Origin: Escherichia coli O157 typing phage 4
Strand: one strand, 5' to 3'
DNA: 64,000 bases
Sequence record: KP869102
The position numbers and the translations under genes are program-made. The notes below the pieces were generated by a model that saw nothing but the letters and a program-made list of their open reading frames with translations, was not told where the DNA came from and did not search any database. This document shows positions 47,200 to 56,544 of the stretch, in pieces. The first letter of the stretch is position 1. Every line of letters begins with the position of its first letter.

Positions 47200-47469
47200 A
47201 TGAAAATTAAATTATTCAAAACTGAGCTGGCAGACAAAAACTGTGGACTGGTTGAAGGCATGATCGTTGAAGCACAACCAGTGGACTACATGAAGGTAGT
47301 TCGTGATGCCTTGGGTGAAGGCTTTGATCTGATGGAGCCAGCTCTGCGAGAAGATGTTATCGAGATGGCTAAAAAGCACACACCTGAAGGCTTGGTGGTG
47401 TTTGTTGCACCGGGTAACGGAGAAGAGTTGATTGTAACTCCTGATGTGTATGAGATTGTAGAAGAGTAA
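47200..47469 (+). CDS. small acidic protein (MKIKLF N-terminus)
   Basis: 89 aa, acidic tail IVEE. Confidence 0.45.
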   Translation: MKIKLFKTELADKNCGLVEGMIVEAQPVDYMKVVRDALGEGFDLMEPALREDVIEMAKKHTPEGLVVFVAPGNGEELIVTPDVYEIVEE

Positions 47470-47564
47470 TCCTGCTCGGATTAGCATACTTCTCTCAATA
47501 AAAAGAAAAGTTTGTAATTATTTGTGGGAAAGGAATCCCCATCTCTTGCCAGAGGTGATACTAT

Positions 47565-47828
47565 ATGATTGTTTATTTTAAAACTTCAGGTGGATACCCT
47601 GATTCTCAAAGCTTGATCGGAAAAACGTGCACAGCATACTCACCTCTTGATGAGGAGGTAAGCGATATTCTACGAGATATGTATCGGATTGATCCCCAAA
47701 AAGCTTTTGATCAAAACCTTGTATTTGTCAAGGGCTCAGACATGAAGTCTTTGGGAGCATTCCCTGAAGCAGATGATGATGCCGTTTATTCGTTCATGAC
47801 TCCTTTTGAAGCTATGGTTGTTGGGTGA
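47565..47828 (+). CDS. small acidic protein, KGxDLxxAGA-related
   Basis: VKGSDMKSLGA motif; 87 aa. Confidence 0.45.
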   Translation: MIVYFKTSGGYPDSQSLIGKTCTAYSPLDEEVSDILRDMYRIDPQKAFDQNLVFVKGSDMKSLGAFPEADDDAVYSFMTPFEAMVVG

Positions 47829-47832
47829 GAAT

Positions 47833-48165
47833 ATGAAAGTACGATTTATTGGTGAAACAATTCCTGTGCATCTCCGGTCGCCTGAAGATTCTGCAGATCT
47901 TGCATCTCAGAAGGCGAGAGGTTATGATAAGAAAGTAATCTCAAACGCTGTAGAACTTGAGGCTACTAGTTTACCTGACCCTGCCGCATTCTTTAATCAT
48001 TATGGATACTATTTCAGCAATCTGATGAATATCGGTGAGCTTGTGTTTATTAGTGGTGGAGAAATTGTTAGCAAGCTTGGCGGCGATCCGGATGTCTTTC
48101 ATGAAACCTGTCCTTTTGCATTTGTGGTAGGTTCAGATGTGGAAGTTATTGAGGAGGTGCGGTAA
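47833..48165 (+). CDS. small acidic protein (MKVRFIG N-terminus)
   Basis: Start at ATG 47833; acidic tail VEVIEEVR. Confidence 0.45.
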   Translation: MKVRFIGETIPVHLRSPEDSADLASQKARGYDKKVISNAVELEATSLPDPAAFFNHYGYYFSNLMNIGELVFISGGEIVSKLGGDPDVFHETCPFAFVVGSDVEVIEEVR

Positions 48166-48560
48166 TGGTAAGACTATACCGTGTTGAGTATAGCTCAGAT
48201 ACTGTATACAACGTAAGAAGCAAAGATCGCAGCGACAGAGTGCAAGAAATGTATGTTCTTGCCGACAGTCCGTTATCTGCAGCGTTCAAGGCAGGGTCTC
48301 TTGCATCTCGTTGGAAATTTGAAGGTGGATCTTTCTATGAAGAAACCCTTGAAGATTCTGTTGTTATTTCTTCTGCAGAGGTTTCAGATGACTACGAAGG
48401 GAAAAAGTTCGTAATGCGGCACCCACACAGCAACATTGCGTACTACTGGGATGTTCTGAACAACGAGTGGACCCCAGATCTTCAGAAGGCCACTGTGCTA
48501 ACACCGTTTTTGGCAGATAAGTTTCCACCAGAAGGTAATTTATCCGCACTGTTTCAGTAA
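48165..48560 (+). CDS. hypothetical protein (paralog of 45956..46354)
   Basis: Shared motif RHPHSNIAYYW...EWTP. Confidence 0.45.
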   Translation: MVRLYRVEYSSDTVYNVRSKDRSDRVQEMYVLADSPLSAAFKAGSLASRWKFEGGSFYEETLEDSVVISSAEVSDDYEGKKFVMRHPHSNIAYYWDVLNNEWTPDLQKATVLTPFLADKFPPEGNLSALFQ

Positions 48561-48578
48561 TTTTCTTGCACACAGGTG

Positions 48579-48608
48579 TTGACAACGCCAACCCTGTGTG
48601 AAATAATA
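48579..48608 (+). promoter_or_regulatory. sigma70-like promoter flanked by inverted repeat CACAGG/CCTGTG
   Basis: TTGACA with -10-like AATAAT; palindrome arms bracket the -35. Confidence 0.45.
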
Positions 48609-48636
48609 CCTTCATCTTAACAAGACAGGAGACCGA

Positions 48637-48897
48637 TTGATGAAGATTAAATTGAAAAACCTTGAAACGGCAGAGATTCAGGACGGTGTGGATTTCCGTT
48701 CTAAAGATGGTGACATCTTAGAGGTAAATATTCCAACCTACGAGCTGATCAAAGGTTTTGGCAACGTCCCCGAGGAAGGTATCGCAGACGTTCTTATAAT
48801 GTTAATCGTTAGTGGGACAGTGTTCTTGGGGGAAGGTGAGAACGCTATTGCAATCCCAAGCCATTTTTATGAAGTAGTTGACGAAGAGGCGCTGTAA
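48637..48897 (+). CDS. small acidic protein (MKIKL N-terminus)
   Basis: 86 aa, acidic tail VVDEEAL. Confidence 0.45.
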   Translation: MMKIKLKNLETAEIQDGVDFRSKDGDILEVNIPTYELIKGFGNVPEEGIADVLIMLIVSGTVFLGEGENAIAIPSHFYEVVDEEAL

Positions 48898-49248
48898 ATG
48901 AAAGTAGAAATTACTGGTTTTGATGTGAATGTGGTTCCGGAAGATATTTTAGCTAAACTCCCGGAAGGTTTTGGTAACGGTGTTGTGGTGGATGCTGTTC
49001 CTCCTACCAAAGACATTCTGCTGCAGTATGGTGTAGCAGAGGAAGATGTTGATAAAGTTCTTACAATGATGGCAATCGATCGTGTTGTCGTTGTTAAAGG
49101 TCTCGATAATTTTGAGAGTGATCCTCTGATTATTCGTGGAGATGACTACAAAATCATCGATAATGAAGGCCAAGAGTTCTATGAGCCTTGTGCAGAAGAT
49201 ATTCTTAACTTATTACTGGAAGCAGGCACCGAAGAGGAGGACGAATAA
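48898..49248 (+). CDS. small acidic protein (MKVEITG N-terminus)
   Basis: 116 aa, acidic tail TEEEDE. Confidence 0.45.
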   Translation: MKVEITGFDVNVVPEDILAKLPEGFGNGVVVDAVPPTKDILLQYGVAEEDVDKVLTMMAIDRVVVVKGLDNFESDPLIIRGDDYKIIDNEGQEFYEPCAEDILNLLLEAGTEEEDE

Positions 49249-49577
49249 TGAAGATTGACCCGTTACTGAAGGCTCGTGCAGAAAAAGCGTACACCATTAA
49301 GCTGACCAACCTGGTTCCTACTTGTCATCCAGATGTAGGTTGGCCCGAAGGTTTGGTGGAGGGAACTGTAACAGCTGCATACCTTCCTAACATCAAATAC
49401 CTCATGGAGATCTTAGAGATGGATGAGGAAACTGCAGAACAGTTCCAGTTGGATATGAAACAGAGTGGGACTCTGGTTATTCACGGGTGGTATAATACTA
49501 AAGATGCAGAAGACCCTCTGGTAACTTCTAATCTGGCATATGAAATCTTAGGGCCTTTGAACCTGGAGGAAGACTAA
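49248..49577 (+). CDS. hypothetical protein
   Basis: 109 aa, overlapping start/stop. Confidence 0.45.
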   Translation: MKIDPLLKARAEKAYTIKLTNLVPTCHPDVGWPEGLVEGTVTAAYLPNIKYLMEILEMDEETAEQFQLDMKQSGTLVIHGWYNTKDAEDPLVTSNLAYEILGPLNLEED

Positions 49578-49864
49578 TGAAAGATCTGGTTAAGATTAAG
49601 ATTAAAGATACCAATGGGGAGCTCAGCCATTTTGGAATTAATGATGGTGACGAGCTGATCGCACACCTGCCTACCAAGGAGGTTGTAAGCAAAGCAGTTG
49701 CCGGAGAAGAAGCTGCAATGCAGGCTGCAGGTGTGGATGAAAACTATGTAGCTATGTGCATGTGCCGAGATCAGGTTGTTCTGTATAAAGCGTATCGACC
49801 AAACGGAGCCACGGAGTGGCTTGTATTCCGACCCGAAGGATATGAAATCTTAGAGGCACTATGA
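49577..49864 (+). CDS. hypothetical protein
   Basis: 95 aa. Confidence 0.45.
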   Translation: MKDLVKIKIKDTNGELSHFGINDGDELIAHLPTKEVVSKAVAGEEAAMQAAGVDENYVAMCMCRDQVVLYKAYRPNGATEWLVFRPEGYEILEAL

Positions 49865-49953
49865 TAAATCTTGCCAAGGTTGCAACGGCACTGTTAATTA
49901 TTTGCTGGTCAGTAACCTTAACACTGTGTCTTGTATTTCAGTGAGGTGCTTGT

Positions 49954-50217
49954 ATGAACATCCTGATGTGGGTTATAGCAGTGGCGTTTGTTGCATGTTT
50001 TTGCTGCTGGGTTGCGGTGAGGATTTCTGTAGCTACCCTTCGGAAGTTGGGGTTCTCAGAATGGGATATTAATATCCTTTCTTTTCGCAATGAGACAATA
50101 TCAGCCGCCCTGCTTTGTAAGAAATTCAAGTGGGAACCTTGTGAGGTCATGAACTATCTAAGAACGGGAGATATCCCTGAAAGATTTAAAAAAGTTCTTG
50201 ACGGTAAGGATAAATGA
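49954..50217 (+). CDS. small membrane protein
   Basis: N-terminal TM helix; 87 aa. Confidence 0.4.
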   Translation: MNILMWVIAVAFVACFCCWVAVRISVATLRKLGFSEWDINILSFRNETISAALLCKKFKWEPCEVMNYLRTGDIPERFKKVLDGKDK

Positions 50218-50245
50218 TAGTATAGTGACTAACAAGAGGTGAGGA

Positions 50246-50386
50246 ATGACAGATTTTACTGAAGCTTTAATGATGGCCTTGTCTGTTTTAGCGCTATCGG
50301 TGTGTTTTGGGGCGTTATTCACATCTCTGGTTAAAGTTTTACATACAGTATTATTACCCAAGGAGCGCAGTAATGACGAAGATTGA
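50246..50386 (+). CDS. small membrane peptide (46 aa)
   Basis: GAGGTGAGGA RBS; hydrophobic core; overlaps next gene start. Confidence 0.3.
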   Translation: MTDFTEALMMALSVLALSVCFGALFTSLVKVLHTVLLPKERSNDED

Positions 50387-50624
50387 CTTGAATGCTGGCG
50401 ACCATGTTGTTGTCAAATGCATCGGAGATTATCTTGGATTCACAATCGGCAATACTTACGAGGCGGTAGTGGCGAAGGTTTATCATGATAAAGTCCTCAG
50501 TCTTGTATTTGACTGCGATGATGATGGGGATGACCGATACGTCTGTGAGGTGCTGGCACGAGACGATAGTGAAGACCAGAAATTCCTGGTTATTGAACTG
50601 AACGGTATTTTTGTAGAACGTTAA
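50373..50624 (+). CDS. hypothetical acidic protein
   Basis: ATG at 50373 with AAGGAG RBS. Confidence 0.4.
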   Translation: MTKIDLNAGDHVVVKCIGDYLGFTIGNTYEAVVAKVYHDKVLSLVFDCDDDGDDRYVCEVLARDDSEDQKFLVIELNGIFVER

Positions 50625-50652
50625 TTTAAAACAACATAAGGAGACTCTTACT

Positions 50653-50958
50653 ATGGCTAAATCTAAAGTTGAACTGTTCACCTCTCTTCCTTCTGACACT
50701 GCAGAGCGTGATCGCCTTCGCAAAACAATCGAAGAACTGGTGGAACTCCAACTTCAGATTAAAGATCTGAAAGATGCCATCAAGGATATCATTCTTGTTG
50801 AGAAGCAGGATCATCTGTATTCTCCTAAATTCATCAAATCTCTGGTGGCTACCGAGTTCGATATTCGATATGAGGCTGAAAAACGTCGAGCTAAAATCGA
50901 AGAAGAGGTTGAGCACATGTCCGAGGCAGACATTCTGTTCAAACGCTCTGTAGAATAA
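50653..50958 (+). CDS. hypothetical coiled-coil protein
   Basis: 101 aa, AAGGAG RBS. Confidence 0.45.
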   Translation: MAKSKVELFTSLPSDTAERDRLRKTIEELVELQLQIKDLKDAIKDIILVEKQDHLYSPKFIKSLVATEFDIRYEAEKRRAKIEEEVEHMSEADILFKRSVE

Positions 50959-50964
50959 TGACAA

Positions 50965-50990
50965 AGAGAGGGGCTTGGGCCCCTCTTTTT
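50965..50990 (+). terminator. rho-independent terminator
   Basis: GAGAGGGGC-TTG-GGCCCCTCT hairpin followed by TTTT. Confidence 0.7.
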
Positions 50991-51013
50991 ACTATCTATG
51001 AAGGAGATTTGAG

Positions 51014-51340
51014 ATGGGTATACCGATCACTGTAAAAGAATTGAATGAACGTGATGCAGGTGGTCTATGGCCTGCACGAAAAATACGCTGCGTCTACATG
51101 AAAGAGAACCTTGAACATCTTGATCAACAGATCAAGGTCGGTGATATTTTCGAGGTCTTCTATTCCAATCGTCGCAACTGGGAAACCATTCAGCCTTCTG
51201 GTTTTGTTCTTGCCAAACTTGACACTGGAGAAGTGATTATCCCAGGGTTGGATATTGTCTTCGAAATTATCCAGGAGTGGGATCCGGATAAGATTAGATA
51301 TGAAGAGTTATTCGGTGAAGGTATTATCAAACCTGTGTGA
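51014..51340 (+). CDS. hypothetical protein
   Basis: 108 aa, AAGGAG RBS. Confidence 0.45.
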   Translation: MGIPITVKELNERDAGGLWPARKIRCVYMKENLEHLDQQIKVGDIFEVFYSNRRNWETIQPSGFVLAKLDTGEVIIPGLDIVFEIIQEWDPDKIRYEELFGEGIIKPV

Positions 51341-51648
51341 GGTGGATTATGTCTACAAAGACGGCTAAATACTCCTACATGCCATCAACCTCTGCAGAGG
51401 TAGATTTTAGTTTCGATGTGTTTCCACTGTTTGAGGTGGTTCTGGCATACCCAACAATACTATCTACTCCGGAATCACTTGTGCCTGTTAAGTTGCAGAA
51501 CGCCATGCATTCTATGCACTACAACAATAAATGCAGGCACAGATGGTGTCAGGACGAGGAAAAAGATCTGGATAGTTTGAGAGATTTTGACAGTCACCTT
51601 TTGACACCTTTCAGCTACTCCAACCTTGATAAGCCATCATGGGTATAG
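51337..51648 (+). CDS. hypothetical protein
   Basis: 103 aa, ATGA overlap. Confidence 0.4.
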   Translation: MRWIMSTKTAKYSYMPSTSAEVDFSFDVFPLFEVVLAYPTILSTPESLVPVKLQNAMHSMHYNNKCRHRWCQDEEKDLDSLRDFDSHLLTPFSYSNLDKPSWV

Positions 51649-51861
51649 CAAAATATCAAATTTAAGACACCTAGGACGCTCTGTGGCGTCCTTTTCTTTA
51701 TCTGGTGCACGATTGCATACCTTGGACAGATAATCTCCTTACAGAGCGTTTAAGAGCTTCCTACAAACAACTCTCTTTTTCGAGCGTAGCGAGAACGCAC
51801 GTCCGTTTTGACCAAAATCACCATACGCTCGGATTTTAACCAAACCCTCGCGGCGTTTCTG

Positions 51862-51891
51862 TTGACACATTGCCGCTCCAGTGATAATATC
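51862..51891 (+). promoter_or_regulatory. sigma70-like promoter
   Basis: TTGACA - 18 nt - TAATAT. Confidence 0.5.
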
Positions 51892-51910
51892 CACACATCA
51901 TTTGGAGAAT

Positions 51911-52012
51911 ATGGAATACACAATGAAAACATTGTCCGAAGTTTTAGTGGTGATCCTGATGATCATTACGTCCATAGCGGCTGTTGCCGGAATACTCACG
52001 GGTGGAACATGA
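51911..52012 (+). CDS. small membrane peptide (33 aa)
   Basis: GGAG RBS; hydrophobic LVVILMIITSIAAVAGIL; ATGA overlap with next gene. Confidence 0.3.
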   Translation: MEYTMKTLSEVLVVILMIITSIAAVAGILTGGT

Positions 52013-52221
52013 TCAACACACATGCATCTGAAGAGACATCAAAAGGAGTGACTATATGTCCCTTGGCTGAGCCAGTGAAAGAGGAAAACTTCGATTCTGA
52101 AGATTCTCCATCTTCGCTCCAGGTAGACCCTGAGGCTGATGACCTAACGTGGGAAGACATCGTAGATATCTGGTTCTCTGTTATGCCTGAGCACGAAGAG
52201 TTCAGGGGTGGTAGACTATGA
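52009..52221 (+). CDS. hypothetical acidic protein
   Basis: Internal ATG of track ORF 51808..52221; the upstream part of that ORF would run through the promoter. Confidence 0.35.
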   Translation: MINTHASEETSKGVTICPLAEPVKEENFDSEDSPSSLQVDPEADDLTWEDIVDIWFSVMPEHEEFRGGRL

Positions 52222-52342
52222 AGCACCGAGCCCACACAAGTTCCTCATGCTAAAGCATGGCCTGAAGAGGCAAACGTGCATAATTCCTGTGCATCGGAAC
52301 GTATGAAACCTTGTTCACACTCTCATTTCCAGAGGAGATTTT

Positions 52343-52558
52343 ATGAAGATAGAAATATTTGGTGGAGCTGACAACACTCGTGGCCTGATTTACCTTGAAT
52401 TCGATGAATCATACCTACCAGAGGTGTTAAATATAGACTCTGTTGCGGAGGCTTTGGGAGTAAACCCTAAAGAACTCCACTCTTGTGCTGAGATCGATGG
52501 TTGGGAAGAGACCATGAACATTGATTTCAGTGAAGTAGAGGATGAACCGCTGGACTGA
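52343..52558 (+). CDS. small acidic protein (MKIEIFG N-terminus)
   Basis: 71 aa, GGAG RBS, acidic tail. Confidence 0.4.
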   Translation: MKIEIFGGADNTRGLIYLEFDESYLPEVLNIDSVAEALGVNPKELHSCAEIDGWEETMNIDFSEVEDEPLD

Positions 52559-52793
52559 CACACAATTAGCTGCCCGGCTAAAGTGCTGGAAGCACCTATA
52601 ACACATCTTTCAACTAAATTTCCCACCACAACAATCACTTACCTCCCATACATGACTGTTTGCTTGTTTAGTGAGCAGTCATGCCTTGACATTCTTGCCT
52701 ATCCTGATAAAATTAAGTTCTTCTCTTTTCTTTTACCGAGTAATTCGGGTTTTCTGTTCTCTTCGGTTTGAAGGGGTATGGAGATACACCTGA

Positions 52794-52893
52794 NNNNNNN
52801 NNNNNNNNNNNNNNNNNNNNNNNNNNNNNNNNNNNNNNNNNNNNNNNNNNNNNNNNNNNNNNNNNNNNNNNNNNNNNNNNNNNNNNNNNNNNN
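52794..52893. other. assembly gap (run of N)
   Basis: 100 consecutive N. Confidence 0.99.
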
Positions 52894-52944
52894 TTAGTGG
52901 CGGGAAGTTTTCCCGCCTGTGTTTTTAATTATACTTATTGAGAT

Positions 52945-53205
52945 TTACTTGTCAACACTATTTTTTAAATTATTGTGGCGCAAAATGTTTAAAATCTCTT
53001 CAACGTCATCAACACGGCGGCAATTTTTAAACGCTACCAATTGCCCCATGATTTTAATCACTGGGCGGCCTTGCCAGTGCCCCTGGAGAAAGCGCGCCTT
53101 GACTTTATCAGTGGAACTATCACGCCACCAAACGGCCTTGTTATTGCAGTAGTAAAAATTATTCAGGACAATATCAACTTTATCAAAATTTTTTAATTTA
53201 CGCAT
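52945..53205 (-). CDS. hypothetical protein
   Basis: 86-aa minus-strand ORF. Confidence 0.4.
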   Translation of the reverse strand: MRKLKNFDKVDIVLNNFYYCNNKAVWWRDSSTDKVKARFLQGHWQGRPVIKIMGQLVAFKNCRRVDDVEEILNILRHNNLKNSVDK

Positions 53206-53413
53206 AGTGTTTACTCCTTCCTTCTTGCTTTGATGTGGTTAGTATATCCGGACTATTCCAAGGTGTCAAGCTTTAAATAAAATCACTGTCAATGATATTT
53301 TTAACACCATAAAACGGCCCTGGGTGATGTTTTCAGGCTAAGAAAGGGGATTGCATAGGTAGGGGCTTTTGTGGCGTTTGTGGGGCCAACCAGGGGCGCT
53401 ATTCGTAGGATAG

Positions 53414-53442
53414 AAATAAAAAGCCCCGCACAATGGCGGGGC
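53414..53442 (-). terminator. rho-independent terminator
   Basis: On minus strand GCCCCGC-CATTGT-GCGGGGC followed by TTTTTATTT. Confidence 0.55.
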
Positions 53443-53531
53443 GTTGGTTGTTATTTGTCTTTATGGCGGTATCGTTCCGCTTGTCGTTCACGTTCCAAAA
53501 GTAGGCCCGGCAATTTACGATCATAATGATT

Positions 53532-53633
53532 CCNNNNNNNNNNNNNNNNNNNNNNNNNNNNNNNNNNNNNNNNNNNNNNNNNNNNNNNNNNNNNNNNNNN
53601 NNNNNNNNNNNNNNNNNNNNNNNNNNNNNNNNN
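53532..53633. other. assembly gap (run of N)
   Basis: About 100 consecutive N. Confidence 0.99.
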
Positions 53634-53949
53634 TGGCCTGAATCGCCCGGATACGGCGTTTTATAACCTCCTGATCCGTGCAATCGTATCCCCAAAAGTC
53701 TACAATTTTCGCGCCGCCAGCTTTTAAGCGGTATAATGTTTCTTGCATTTTGTAAGCTGGGATCGGTCGCGGTGTTACCTGGTCGCCTTTTTCATCCTTG
53801 TACTTGATTATGTAGTCCTCGTTGTCGTTGAATACCCAAAAAGGGTACTCTGTAAGGGCGTTGCTTTCTTTTTCGTTTTTAGATTGGATCTTGTTTACAA
53901 TTAAAGCCGTAGCAATAGCGCCAATAATAAAACTAGCCCCGCTGATCAT
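53634..53949 (-). CDS. hypothetical protein with N-terminal TM helix, partial (runs into gap)
   Basis: Minus ORF from ATG ~53949; 3-prime end lost in N run. Confidence 0.35.
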
Positions 53950-54024
53950 GTTACTTTCTCCTTTCATTGTGTTGATAAACTATCTTTATAGATGGCCCTG
54001 TTACCAGGACCACCGAAAAAATAA

Positions 54025-54270
54025 CTATTTCACAATGCCTACAAAACAGATCCCGCCTTCACCTATATAGGCAATATCGGTAATTTTATAATTTGTCAAG
54101 ATCCGCGTGTTCAGATCATTAATAAAATCGGTCATCGCGTTGGTGTAGTTGTCTTCCGTGTCTAAGGCATAATCCCAGGTGTAAACCTTTTTACGTCCGA
54201 AGCCTTTTACCATGATACGGGCGCTTTTGGTGTTGGTAGGGGCATAATATTTGGTGATTAGTGCTGCCAT
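54025..54270 (-). CDS. hypothetical protein
   Basis: 81 aa, AGGAG RBS. Confidence 0.4.
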   Translation of the reverse strand: MAALITKYYAPTNTKSARIMVKGFGRKKVYTWDYALDTEDNYTNAMTDFINDLNTRILTNYKITDIAYIGEGGICFVGIVK

Positions 54271-54359
54271 GGTTTTAACTCCTCTGAATTAGTTCAGTGT
54301 TAACAGTATAAAGTTTACTTTATTGATGGCCCTGAAGTCAAGGCCATCTAAAAATAAAC

Positions 54360-54701
54360 TTACTCGTTTTCTTCCAGCTCCGCAAGCTCTTCTTTTGCTT
54401 CTTCTAACTCTGTCTGTAGTTCCTGGTATTCTTCATCGTCCTCAATATCCAGGCTGTCGATGTAGTCGCTAAATCCGCAGCGGTAAGCGATAGGATCTAG
54501 CTCCTTGAGGATACGCGACGGAAGAAAAGAAATGTTTCCGATCATAATTTCGCCGTAGATCTCGTCTAACCATTCATCATAGTTTTCGTCGTACTTGTCC
54601 TCGTCGATTTCAAAGTTATCGATCTTGTTCTCAAGGTCTGCGATCTGTTTTTTCAGCGCGGCGATCTGCATAGCTTTTTCTGCGGCGGTCATAGTAGTCA
54701 T
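54360..54701 (-). CDS. hypothetical acidic coiled-coil protein
   Basis: 113 aa, AAGGAG RBS. Confidence 0.45.
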   Translation of the reverse strand: MTTMTAAEKAMQIAALKKQIADLENKIDNFEIDEDKYDENYDEWLDEIYGEIMIGNISFLPSRILKELDPIAYRCGFSDYIDSLDIEDDEEYQELQTELEEAKEELAELEENE

Positions 54702-54980
54702 GGTGTTTTCTCCTTTTGTGTGCTCTGGGAAGTTTTCCCGTTTACGTGTTTAAGTATAGCGATCTAAGTTAGTTTGTCAATTAAAAATTTAAGAAAAATT
54801 TTGCAAAACTGTTAGCGCTACTCATTAACATTTGCGCCAGGATGTAACCAATGATGCAAACGATAATAGTTACCTTTGTGTGCTGGCGTGTAGTACTCAT
54901 CTTTAAGCCCCCCTTTCCGCTCAACTGTGGTTAGTTTACTTTATTGATGGCCCTGGAGTCAAGGCCATCTAAAAATAAAC

Positions 54981-55376
54981 TCAGTACGTTTTCAGTACTT
55001 TCCCGTCCAACCTGTCTAACTGAATCTCAATAGCTGCAGAAAACCTATTGTAAACCACATCGCCCAAGGAGTCCAGCCAATCTATAACGTTATACACCTG
55101 CTCTTTATTCTTGCAAGTCCGGATCCGTTTCATTACGTAAGACGGATCAATATTAGTACTCCCGTTGTTGTGGTCATGCGCCTGGCCTGCTGCACTGGTT
55201 ATAGATTTTACAACCACCTGAAAGGGCTTTAAGGTGCCTTTTGCGTTCATCTCACGCGCTTTTGCGGCGCGGTTGTTATATGTTACACAACGGCGGCAAA
55301 TGTTGAATAAATGCATGTCAATAATTTTTTCATCGTTTGCCAGTTCGTTCATGATGCGGCGTACGTTCTTATTCAT
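54981..55376 (-). CDS. hypothetical protein
   Basis: 131 aa, AGAGGA RBS. Confidence 0.45.
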   Translation of the reverse strand: MNKNVRRIMNELANDEKIIDMHLFNICRRCVTYNNRAAKAREMNAKGTLKPFQVVVKSITSAAGQAHDHNNGSTNIDPSYVMKRIRTCKNKEQVYNVIDWLDSLGDVVYNRFSAAIEIQLDRLDGKVLKTY

Positions 55377-55460
55377 AGCTTTTCCTCTGTGTTGGCGGGA
55401 TGTTTCCCGCCTTTTGTGTCTAGTTTACTTGAATTTTGCAGCGTGTCAATAATTTTTTTT

Positions 55461-55859
55461 TTATTCGTGGGCACATGTTACAATGTGCTTTTTATAGCCC
55501 AGGTGGGCAGCAAGTGCCGCCAAAAACTCATCTTCATAGATCCAGCCGTTGGCAGTGATCCCCATAGCATTTAATGCGCTCTCAAGTGCTGCGTTAGCTT
55601 TATCATAACCGTGACCGCTCGCCTTGCCGCCAGTATAACCGTACTTATTGTTCTTGTTGTCGTGTATCCAAAAAACGCAGTAGTTAGTGTTACCGCTGGC
55701 GGCGGCATAGTACCGGATCTCCGCTACTTCGTGCAAATTATTATCATCGTCCAGGCCAACCAGATTATAAGCCTTGTAAAATCCACGATCACGGCGGCAG
55801 TTCTTGACATCAGAAAAAGAGAAGTCGGCATTGTCAAAATTAAAGGTTGTGGTTTTCAT
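55461..55859 (-). CDS. hypothetical protein
   Basis: 132-aa ORF. Confidence 0.45.
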   Translation of the reverse strand: MKTTTFNFDNADFSFSDVKNCRRDRGFYKAYNLVGLDDDNNLHEVAEIRYYAAASGNTNYCVFWIHDNKNNKYGYTGGKASGHGYDKANAALESALNAMGITANGWIYEDEFLAALAAHLGYKKHIVTCAHE

Positions 55860-55923
55860 GATTTTATCCTCTTAGTGTCTTTTGTGATTTCAGTATATTT
55901 TGTGTCGGGGCGTATGTCAATAC

Positions 55924-56121
55924 TTATTTTTTATTAAACCAGTGATTGATCTGACCTTTTGTCAGGGCGCAACGATTAAGCTGTTGCAGGGTATAGCTAT
56001 GACCGCGACGAAATTTATAAAGGCCTTGCCCGTTGTTGATGGTTACATCCACCAGGCAAACCACTTGATCGGTGACCACCTGGCGAGTGTTGCGACGTAC
56101 TTTGATTCCGTATGCGTTCAT
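55924..56121 (-). CDS. hypothetical basic protein
   Basis: 65-aa ORF. Confidence 0.35.
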   Translation of the reverse strand: MNAYGIKVRRNTRQVVTDQVVCLVDVTINNGQGLYKFRRGHSYTLQQLNRCALTKGQINHWFNKK

Positions 56122-56209
56122 GATTTTTTATCCTCTCTGTTAATTAGTGTGGTGTTGTTCACCTTGCGAGGATAAGAATAACAAGAACTGTCCGAGCTGT
56201 CAACCATTA

Positions 56210-56362
56210 GTTAAAATTATTTTTGCCCCTGCCAGGTTAACCATCATTTTTTCGTACTCTTCTTTATGTTCCAACGCTCCCGCCATAGCCTTTTCAACCA
56301 GGGCGATAGCCTCAGCGTCATTAATAGCTACATTTTCCAGGGGGATCATATTACCTTTCATT
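56210..56362 (-). CDS. small hypothetical protein (~50 aa)
   Basis: Minus ORF MKGNMIPLENVAINDAEAIALVEK... with AAGGGGAGG RBS; below ORF-track length cutoff. Confidence 0.3.
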
Positions 56363-56544
56363 TTTGTACCTCCCCTTCAATTGTTACCTATCCTATAGCA
56401 TAGGCCCACCAGGTTTACAAGCCTTCATTCTCTCCTGCCTGGTCAGTTAGGTCCTGCCAGGCTGGCCCCGCCAGGTTGCAGCGGTTAGCGCATCAGGTTA
56501 GAAAAATTTTTTGAAAAGTGTTGACAGCGGCCCCGCCAGGTGGC
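56231..56544. repeat. iteron-like array of CYGCCAGGT motifs (about 7 copies)
   Basis: cctgccaggtt, cccaccaggtt, cctgcctggtc, cctgccaggct, ccccgccaggtt, catcaggtt, ccccgccaggtg read directly. Confidence 0.55.

Noticed and set aside
51808-52008. N-terminal two-thirds of track ORF 51808..52221
   Set aside because: Would run through a consensus TTGACA/TAATAT promoter and overlap a small RBS-preceded membrane peptide gene; the conserved-looking acidic part begins at ATG 52009.
52038-52070. Candidate ORF starting MSLG at ATG 52056 after an AAAGGAG RBS
   Set aside because: Frame check shows a stop after four codons; the ATG is out of frame with the downstream acidic ORF.
53399-53695. Minus-strand ORF 53399..53695 and plus-strand ORF 53444..53641
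   Set aside because: Both are largely composed of translated N-gap positions.
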